A stretch of DNA of 64,000 nt from Takakia lepidozioides (Eukaryota > Plantae > Bryophyta). The notes below the pieces were generated by a model. The model saw only the letters and a program-made list of their open reading frames with translations, was not told where the DNA came from and did not search any database. The position numbers and the translations under genes are program-made. Shown piece after piece: positions 51,048 through 60,802 of this stretch. Position 1 is the first letter of the stretch. Each line of letters begins with the position of its first letter. The stretch is from the NCBI GenBank assembly GCA_030704615.1, contig CM060732.1, positions 1,178,001 through 1,242,000 of the forward strand. The letters run 5' to 3'.

Positions 51048-52271
51048 GGGGGCTGCTATTTCATGAGCGGCATGAGCATGAGTGGAAAAAAAAAAAAACA
51101 TGAGCGGACAATTGTGTGTCCACGGAAATAGGGTTAGGAGGCACGGAAATAAGGTCATCCGAAGCTGGAATGTGACACCACTGGACTCGTCATAGCAATG
51201 AAATGCAACATTTTATTGCAAATTTTGTGGCAAGCCACATCTATACAAGTGTCCTAACTCTCATAGCCGGAATGGGCACTACTCTCCTACACCCTCCGAG
51301 GAACTTGCCCCACCTGCCTCCTCATCCCCCTCATCCCCCCCCATCCTCCGAGCTCTGAGATGCATCAGTTCCACTATGCTTCTAAAAAATACCGTCCTCT
51401 CCTTAGGGGACTGTCCACCTCACCTCCTGGGAATCTTCTGCCTCTTCTCCCCCACTTTCCTCAGCAGAATCCAAGACAAATCTACGAGCCTGACGGGCTC
51501 TAATAGCTGCTACTTCCTCCCTCATCTTCATTTTCTTGAGGCTTGCCTCATCTAAAATCTGTTGTACACGACTAGGCTCGGAAGACCTCCCAATGGACAC
51601 CGAAGCAAGCCGGGCAACATAAGTAGGAAGGATGTAGTCTCTTTCTGGACTCGGCATGAAATCCCCCCTCGCAAAAAAAAAACACGTTCCTCCTGCCCAT
51701 GAACTGCGGTGTAGACGTCCCTCCTGCAGTACTTGGCATCCTGCAGTAAGAACAAATCCACTTCAAGAATGTCAATACCAGCAGAAGCAGAAAGGGTCTT
51801 TCAATGAAATAAGAGAACAAAGGGAGGTGCCTCACGAAATCAAGAGGCAACTTACAATGCGACCACTCACTCGTAAATCGGGGGCTCCTCGGCCTCGATC
51901 CCAACTTGTACCTCCCTGCTCCTTCTCGGATTCTTCCTCATCCTCCGAGGATGCCTCTTCCTCTTTCAGCAGACATTCAGCCGCTGCAAGTTCGGAGTTG
52001 TGGAGGGCAGTATCTGGCGAAGACATGCCTGTCGGACAACATCCCAGCCCACATTGAAGCACCTGAGGGACAAAGCGGGCGGTTAGTAGCATGCGGCATG
52101 CAACTGCAATCGGGCCAGGGGACATACTGTGCACGTGAAGGCTTACATGTGCCGCATGTGAGGTCAAGAATCCGCCCTTGGACATCGGAGCACGTCTCCA
52201 TGAGGGTCTGGATGAAAGCAGGGCTCCGGGTCCGGCTGTGCCGCCACGGTTTGCCTGTCTTTGTGTCCTTC
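51048..52271 (-). mobile_element. MULE-like family copy B: MTase motif X/I exon, last exons and right TIR, tail-to-tail with copy A
   Basis: SPAFIQTLMETCSDVQGRILDLTCGT, then ASMWAGMLSDRHVF. Terminus GGGGGCTGCTATTTCATGAGC. Confidence 0.78.
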
Positions 52272-53184
52272 CAAAACTGGCCGCCGGGCCAACTCAGAGC
52301 TTCGGCTGCTCACCAAGACATAACGGTCCCCCTTTGCTCCTCCACAAGACCCTCGCTCACTCTGGGCCTAGTGGAAATTTCCTTTGGTTGTTGGCAGTCC
52401 GGAACAGCTCCCCACACCTTGGTCGCTTTCCGGCTCGCACGCTTACTCAGTAGTTTTTGGTCACCAACGGGCTTGCACCGTTCTCGGGGTTACTACTCCC
52501 CTATATATACTTCTGTGACTGTCCGTGGGGGTTTCACAAACAACACCGTCCTTTTATGGCGAACCACACGAAGACCCTTGACTCCCGGTGATGAGTCGCA
52601 GTGAGTCTTGGCCCACCCACCACGGCCCCAATGGACCGTGATGAGTCCCAAGACTCCCTACAACTCCCACCACAAGGTCTCCGCCCCATGGTGAGTCCTA
52701 TGCCACCCCCACTAAGACCCACTAAGCTACCACCACCCCTCGTGGAACCACCCCCACCGCAACCCGGTGTGCGGGTCTCCACCTAGTGAGCGCCTTCGCC
52801 TCCTTGAGTGCCTTGGGCACTCAAGGGTGCTTCAGCCCCCGTACCTATTGTTGCCACTGCCCCCACCACAGGGGCAGCCCCTCTTGTGTCCCGACCCCCA
52901 TGCCCTCAAGGCAAAGGCCCGTGACACACACCCCTACCAACAGGGAGTCGATGTCCTCGTCGACTTGTCCATTTTGTAGAAACTAACATCCAAGTTGTGG
53001 CGTCCCACATCAAGGAGTTTGTTTCCGTACCATGGCGTCCCATGGCAAAGAACCCCCACTTGACTCTACTCTCAGCCGACTTCCTCCAAGGGTGGAGCCT
53101 CTCAAGCTCCTCCCAGTGCACTCTTCTTGGCCCACTTCAAGGCCAAGGAACGATCCTCCCCGAGGATCGAATCGCCTTACTGCA
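52272..53184 (-). mobile_element. Chromovirus fragment C (partial 3' LTR, PPT, 3' UTR)
   Basis: Colinear with ~18552-19500. Confidence 0.88.
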
Positions 53185-53754
53185 ACAAGACCCTACAGAT
53201 CTCAGTAATTACAGGCCCATAACATTGGCCAACCCCATATACAAGCTATTCACCAACACGCTCACCACAATGCTCTCAAGCTAATGCAAACAACACCAAA
53301 TTCTCAGTGACCCCCAAGAAGGATTCCGAGGCATAGTACAACAAGACAAATACAATATGTTCTATCCGCCCTCGAAGACGCTAAACTTACAAAACAAGAC
53401 ATATATCTCTTATATATCGACTTTAAAAATGCCTTTGGCTCCTTAGATCATGCTAGGTTACTTGCTATCATGCTTGATCTTGGGTACCCCACTGATGCCG
53501 TCCAACTTATAGGAAACATCTACACAAACAGTACCATTGAAAACTTCGGTGCCTATTATGGCTCCACCCCGCCTATCTTCATCCTCCGAGGAACCATCCA
53601 AGGAGACACCTTAAGTCCTTACCTATTCATTATCTTCCTAGAACCCCTACTCCGATGGCTAGCCCGTGGCAAACTTGGGTATCAATACAAAACCTCCTCA
53701 AGTGACTTTCAGCTACAGCATATGCAGACGATCTCACCATCCTGGCACACAAAC
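53185..53754 (+). mobile_element. Non-LTR retrotransposon RT fragment, cut by the TIR at 53755
   Basis: NYRPITLANPIYKLF, YIDFKNAFGSLDH, GTIQGDTLSPYLF, frameshifted AYADDL. Confidence 0.88.
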
Positions 53755-53861
53755 GAGGTTTACTATTTCATGAGCAGAAACCATGAGCCATGAGCCATGA
53801 GCCGCATGAGCCGCATGAGCGGTGAGCCGAAGTCTAAGACACGCGGATTTCATGAGCGGAC
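53755..53861 (+). repeat. Left TIR and CATGAGC subterminal repeats of the MULE-like element
   Basis: GAGGTTTACTATTTCATGAGC versus right-end GGGGGCTGCTATTTCATGAGC. Sharp junction with the LINE RT. Confidence 0.72.
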
Positions 53862-54988
53862 TCCAAGGGCGGATTCTGGACCTCACATGCGGCACGGGTA
53901 ACCTTCACGTGCTCGGTTTGTCCCCTGGCCCGATTGCAATTGCATGCCGCAAGCTATTAACCGCCCGCTTTGTTCCTCAGGTGCTTCAATGTGGGCAAGG
54001 ACGTTGTCCGACAGGCATGTATTCGCCTTCGAGCCAGATACTGCCCTCCACAACTTGGAACTTGCAGCGGCTGAATGTCTGCCGAAAGAGGAAGAGGCAT
54101 CCTCGGAGGATGAGGAAAAATCCGAGAAGGAGCAAGGGGAGGAAGTTGGGATCGAGGCCGAGGAGCCCCCGGTTTACGAGTGAGTGGTGGCATTGTAAGT
54201 TGCCTCCAGATTTCGTGAGGCACCTCCCTCCGCTCTCTTATTTCATTGAAAACCCTTTCTGGTTGTGCTGGTATTGACATTCTTGAAGTGGATTTGTTCT
54301 TATTGTAGGATGCCAAGTACTGTCAGAGGGACGTCTACACCGGAGTTCATGGGCAGGAGGAACGTGCCTTTTTTTGCCAGGGGGGATTTCATGCCTAGTC
54401 CAGAAAGGGAGTACATCCTTCCTACTTATGCTGCCCGGCTTGCTTCGGTGTCCATTAGGAGGTGTTCCGAACCTAGTCGTGTACAGCAGATTTTAGACGA
54501 GGCAAGCCTCAAGAAAATGAAGATGAGGGAGGAAGCAACAGCTATTAGAGCCCGTCGGGCTCGTAGATTTGTCTTGGATTCTGCTGAAGAAAGTGGGGGA
54601 GAAGACGCAGAAGATTCCCAGGAGGTGAGGTGGACAGTCCCCCAAGGAGAGGACGGGATTTTTTAGAGGCATAGTGGAACTGATGCATCACAGAGCTCGG
54701 AGGATGAGGGGGATGAGGGGGATGAGGAAGAAGGTGAGGCAAGTTCCTCGGAGGGTGTAGGAGAGTAGTGCCCATTCCGGCTATGACAGTTAGAACACAC
54801 TTGTATAGACGTGGCTTGCCACAAAATTTGCAATAAAATGTTGCATTTCAAGTCCACTGGTGCCACATTCCAACTTCACATGACCCTATTTCCGTGCCTC
54901 CTAACCCTATTTCCGTGGACTCACAATGGTCTGCTCATGCTTTTTTTTTTCCGCTCATGCTCATGCCGCTCATGAAATAGCAGCCCCC
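53862..54988 (+). pseudogene. Inverted 3' part of the ParB-MTase gene of copy Y, plus right TIR
   Basis: QGRILDLTCGTG | intron | ASMWARTLSDRHVFAFEPD...PPVYE | intron | MPST...; continues from the codon broken at ~60803. Confidence 0.8.
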
Positions 54989-56025
54989 CTTTCGCCTTCA
55001 AACCAGTTTCTGCTATTTCTTGCTACATACATTACAGGGAGAAAGAATCAAACACTGCCGTTTCTTGATAAAATTTGCAGTAACAACAATCAAATAGATG
55101 TCAAGAAGCTTACCGTGTACATGTAGTCAAGAAAAGCCTCCCTTGTCAGGCTGTACCATGTGATTGTCTTCTTTTCAGCACACCTCTTCATCTGCTGAGG
55201 ACTGAGCACGTTCGTGAATGACTCCAGTGGTATCAGCCCTATCTTCTGGATACGGAATAGAGTGTGGCAAAGATTTGTCGTCACATGGGAGGTTTCATTG
55301 GACGTGGAAAAACCTTCAACTCATAAGATGATTTCTAATTGTGCAAACGCAGATCGGAACGGGAACAATGTTGGTAACTTACTTGTTTATGTCGTGCATG
55401 GCTGTCAAGAGCTGCGTGACACATCCTTTGTGGTCGAGTACCATGGAAACCACGCTCCAGTGCCATTCGATCTCGTCCGAGTGCAAGCTTGAAATGTATC
55501 CATCCAGGCAAGCAGTCTATGGTTCCCATCCCAGACAAAAAACATCTTTCCCATAAACGCTTTTGTGGAGGCCTTTTTGGACAGCTTGAACTCAAACTCC
55601 CTGTTTACATCCCGCCAGCATGCATCCCAACTTTGCTCTATGTCCTCTGTTACAAGACACTCCTCTCCTTTCGTGTTCATAGTGGATACATAGAACATTG
55701 CAGATCCCTTGACATAGCCGTGAACAAAATCGTTCTTCAACTTTGTGATGTCGTTCCTCAACGCGGGTCGAACTGTGGGCATGGAGATCATCCTGCATAG
55801 TGGGATAACCAGGTTTCCGCCGGGAACCTCCATCGGCAGAATCACCTTCGAGGAGTTCACTTTCTGCCCACCCATAACCTCCTCGGCCTTGTCTTCATAG
55901 TGTCCCTCAAATGACTCTTCCTCACCATCACCTTCTGCCACTGCCGCATCTCCCCCCACGGATTTCCTTTTTCTTTTCCTCTGCAAATAATGAATATCCC
56001 TGTGAGTGATAGATTGAGCTCCCAT
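54989..56025 (-). pseudogene. ParB/Srx-like domain gene (paralog X), spliced, frameshifted and truncated by the copy Y terminus
   Basis: VRPALRNDITKLKNDF...KMFFVWDGNHRLLAW resembles the ParB GxxR box. GTAAG donors near 55383 and 55113. Confidence 0.65.
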
Positions 56026-56026
56026 G

Positions 56027-56610
56027 GATCAACCTTGCGTTAAGGTTGATTGATGGGGATGTAGCTTAGTATGAAATGCATACCGCAACAGTCCATTGAA
56101 CCCACTAAATGCTTTGCGTTGACGCATGGTTCTTTTGGGGGCTTCAGATAATCGACTTTCCCTACTTTGCGGTTCCTGGTGCGAGACTTCGGATGCTGGG
56201 AGTGGCATCAAAATCAGCCTCGCGTCAACACAAGGTTGATTCGAGTGCTGAATCTGCTTCATGTCACCTTCATAAACATACACTTTGGAGGTCGACATCA
56301 ACCTTGCGTTGACGCAAGGTTGATGTCGAGCTCTCAGATTGGTGTTCAACAAACACAAAAATCAGATGGAAAATCACATTGCAACTTATGGTTTCTTCTT
56401 GGCACTTGATGATGCACCGGGAGCATTCAACAGTTCCATGGCTGCCAAGCGTTTAGGGTTGGTGGGAATGAACAAAAAAGGCACATGAATCAACCTCGCG
56501 TCAACGCAAGGTTGATTCGAGTGCAGCATCTGCACTCGTTTCATGCCCAGAACATACACTTTGGAGGTCGACATCAACCTTGCGTCAACGCAAGGTTGAT
56601 GTCGACCTCT
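56027..56610. repeat. Cluster of ~6 palindromes ATCAACCTTGCGT(T/C)(G/A)ACGCAAGGTTGAT within a ~276-bp direct duplication
   Basis: Copies near 56028, 56114, 56213, 56288, 56487 and 56564. Confidence 0.88.
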
Positions 56611-57560
56611 CTGATTAGCATGGAACAGACAAAAACAAAAAAGGGAAAAAGAGGGTTGATAGTCACCTCCGGTTTCTTCTTTACACTTGATAATGCTCCT
56701 GAGGCATTCAACTTTTCCATGAGCAATCAAAAGTATCACTCCGGACGGAAATGCTGAACCTCATTTCCGCATGCAGAACCTCAATTGGTTGCATTGTTCC
56801 GAAACAACACAATTGCGGCCTGTCTTAATGAGCACAACTTGGTTGTCTAACCGTTTTAACTAACAGTCCTGGCACTTGTTAGTGTGAACGTTCATGTCTG
56901 CACCGAGAATACTGCTGGATCCACCCTCAGGAGAAACTGTCAGGAGATGTTATTTCGTCGCCGAATCGGCCATCATTGTCATACTTACTGGATATGGAAT
57001 CACACCTCCCACCTTCATGCATGTAGCTTGAAACAATACTTTCCATTTCAATGTGTGACTTCCAATTGTCGATCCGCAGATCCACTTAGATGGTGCCTGT
57101 GAGCCTTGGTCTGTTACTGAACCTTGCAGTTGCCAACTTCGTGCGGTCTTTGATGGCTCCGAATTCCTACGCTATAGTTTGCTGTCCTCCGCAACTTGGG
57201 AGAGCCTGGATCCCAAATGAGGGAGGACTTTGCAAAGTGACTGAAACTTACCTTTGTTTATTCAAGCTCAAACCGGGCACAGTTTATTTGGAAGAAGAAA
57301 GGAAGGATGTTCCTGGACAGGTTGACGAGACCATTGTCGTGCTAGGTAACGACGGAGGTTGCGGAATCGAATGGCACGTACCCCCATCAGACACCATCTT
57401 GTACCCAGCTGTGGGAATGTCCATTCCCTTTCCGAATCAGTCGCTGCCCACACCATCCACAAAGGAGTCCGGAAACCGACAGGCGGCCACTGCCAACAGA
57501 GAGGTATGTAACGATAATCATTCCTGACCTGGACCGTCAAGACCCTCCATAGCTTCTCGT

Positions 57561-60109
57561 GTGGAGGTATTCGACATTTCCGACAAGGAAGATGAGTGCA
57601 TTGAGGTCCCCATGTCCTCCACACGGTCGTTCAAATCCGACATGGACGTCTCTGCAGGTGCTACGCATGTACCCTCGAGCATAACTCCAACTCGGTCCAT
57701 TGTGCAGCTCCTACGGCAACATCACCTCAATGGTTCTCGCTCCAAGCTGGCTGCTCTCGACTGTGCCAAATTTCCAGTCAAGAAGGTAACGTATCTGCCT
57801 CTCGAAGTCGATGGCAATGTCATCTTCGAGTTTCCACCTGTTACTTCGTCAAACAAAGGCATGCACTCAATCTCCGAGGTGAAACGAATGACTGGATATG
57901 ACTACATCCAAGGTAGCAGGTTTCCAGGGCAAGGCAGTGAATCCGATCGTTGTTACATTTTTAAAATGTCGACGTGTGGGCCTGGGAGTGGAGTTTACTT
58001 GGTCACTCGCATGACAACTAGAAACTTGTCGAATGCTTGGGTGATGTTTGATCACATCAAGCGAATTACAAACCATCAGTGGGTGACTATAGGTGCGCAT
58101 GTTTATGACTATCACTCCAAGAGGCTCATGACGATTGCAATCTGCGAGATGAAAGGGGAGGACACACAGTCGGAGATGCATCTGTGGGAGGGCATAAACG
58201 AGCAGATGGCAAGGGCGGGATTGGCAGAGCCCAATTTCAGGGGATTCATGGCAGACAACGCTCAGGCCAACTGGGCAGCGGTGCGGCGTGTGTACGGTGA
58301 GGACCCCAATGTTCTAATTGAGGGGAAGGAGAGATCATGTGGATTCCATTGGATGCAGAGTCTATCTCACTACACTACCAAATTTGTTGCTAGCTCATTC
58401 CAGGCTGAACACTGTGTCCTTTGTACGGCGTGGAAGGATGCACCCACATTTGATGACGCGGAGGTTAAGTTTGCTATCATCGAGGCTTGGTGGAACATGT
58501 CAGGTGCAGTGGAGACAACCAATCTGGGAGCCTTGCACAACTGGTTGGGGTGGTGGCATTTCCGGTATCGACAGTTCGGACAGTACATGCGGGAGGTATG
58601 ATGCTGTCATTTTTGTGCAATTGTCTTTCTATTACGGACCTTTCCATTGGTCCCTCACCATTGTTTGTGTCCTTGTAGGAGCAGTGCTTGGATTCCGACA
58701 TGGACATGCCGAACACGAATATGGCAGAATCAGTGCACTCCTCCTGGCGAGCGTCTTCTGCCGCACATCTGGTGGACGTAGTGACGGCCACAACGGAGGA
58801 CATCGACAGAGCAATAATGCAGCAAGCCACGTACTACAAGTTCCTGAGCGGGAAACAATGGGGCTTTGGGCCGGACATGGAGGAATTGTTGGTACAAACA
58901 GCTTCGAGGTCGAAGAATCCACTGAAATGGGCGACAACATTGCGAGAGAAGATCAAAGGGACGCCTCTGCACCGCAGAGGTGAACACCTAGAGGGGGACG
59001 TCCGTACTCGCCCTGTGAGGTGGAGGATTGAAGAGGAACCCGGGTGCGAAGAGGATTCCTGGAGATCCAACAGGAACATTCGGACAGCACCTTGAGGGCC
59101 CGTCATGTTGCCGCACAATGTGTCTTCCAGTAGTGGAAGCCCAAGAAATTCCAGATCGCCATCGCCTTCAAGCGGGGATTCCGTGCGAGAAATTCCCACC
59201 GCTCGCTTGCCCCAGATTCTGCCCGCTGTTATGCAGTATGGCCAAGCCATTGTGGAGACGACTGTGTCTCCGTCACAGTGGAGAATTGCTCGCACAAAGC
59301 CGTTGTTTCGAGGCAGGTGTTCCGCAATTCGAGTGGATACACGGCAACGTTGTTTAGAGATGATAAGGAGGAATCCAGATGGGGCTGTCCCTACTCCTAC
59401 TTTTACATGAAGATTTGTCCATGCAAAGTTTGCGGAGGCGACAACCACCCAGTTCTGGTTCTGCAGGCATGCCATTATGACTTGCGTATATGGAAAGCCC
59501 AAGTACGGCATACAAACAATGCCAGAGGCTCCCCCGATGTGGCCGGTGGAACCAGGCTGCGATTTGAGTTAGGTTGAGGCCGACGCCCTTACCGCCGCAG
59601 GATTTCGGATGGTGCAGCGCACTGACATCCCCAGACAACCATTTCCGCTTCCACAGCCTCCACCACCAACCCCTGTGAGAGCAAGAACAATGGGACCCGA
59701 CAGCTCTAAGCATCCCATACACCATTGGGGGAAACCGAAGAGGCGGCGACCTCCCTCAAAAGTGAACGAGACAAGGATGGGGAATGCACTTCGGATGAAC
59801 TGTACAATCTAGAGCTCAACAGAAGTGCCCCCACCAGGCTTCAGGCGTGTGTATCAGATGGCCACGGCAGGCTCAGCTGTTCGCAATGAGGTGTACACCA
59901 TCACCATTTCAGAATTACCCACCTGCAATTGCACCGACTTCCAAATCATGGCGAACAAGGGGGCATCATACTGCCCTTGCAAGCATCTGTACTACATGTA
60001 CCTAAAGAGACTCCGGTGTAATTCCACAACTCATCACTTCATACATGCACCAGGGTTGAACCCCCAAGAGGTGCACACTCTTCTGAATATGGATCCAGGG
60101 GACCAGTGA
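57561..60109 (+). pseudogene. Mutator-like (MULE) DDE transposase with C-terminal SWIM finger; intron 58596-58679 and a few in-frame stops
   Basis: D1 in VMFDH; D2 in FMADNAQANWAAVRRVY; CxxH in CGFHW; E in NTNMAESVHS; SWIM in CNCTDF..CPCKH. Confidence 0.8.
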
Positions 60110-60802
60110 GCTTGGCTTGCGGTCCCAACACAATGGTACACCCATCCTTTTCGGATAGTAGAACTGTATTGCTGCAAGTAGCTCTGACTTTGGCCACAGA
60201 ATGGTCCGACTTATGTCTTGCCTACCAGTAACCTGTTTTGCTCGAACGAAGATAATACTATGTCATTCACTCGTGTTTCCACGTGCATGTATTTTTGTGT
60301 GTTGGAGGGTTCCTATTTTTTTGCTCTCCCAAACTTTGCTTTCCTCATTCGACCCCTGGCAAGGAAATGCGGCACCTACTGGTAGATGCGGCCTTCGCCA
60401 ACACCAAACCGCCCAGAAATTTCGCACGTGCGAACCCTAATGCGGCACCGCATTTCCCAGTTGAGTCGCAAACCCGCCGAATACCCGAAGATGACAGAAT
60501 TGTGCAGACTCAATTGGTTCAATCGCGGCAAAAGGGTCAGCTTCATTCCAATGTTAAGGCATGTAAAACCGCGGAATACTCTATACAGGCTAGTATGCGA
60601 CGTCCTTTTGCCGTGGTATACTGGATTTCTCGTTGCATGGTCACTCATTTCCATGAGCGGATCTAAAAAACCATGAGCGGACTTGTTACTGACGACATAT
60701 CTTCGCCGCATTACAGGATCTGGAACTTACAAAAACGGCAAGGTCAAATTAAAAACTATTATTTTAATACTTGTTTAAATCTGCCGCATTTCCAAATTTG
60801 GA

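Noticed and set aside
53755-54988. A 1.2-kb non-autonomous TIR element
   Set aside because: There is no TSD, and the shared breakpoint with 60803 is better explained by the inversion.
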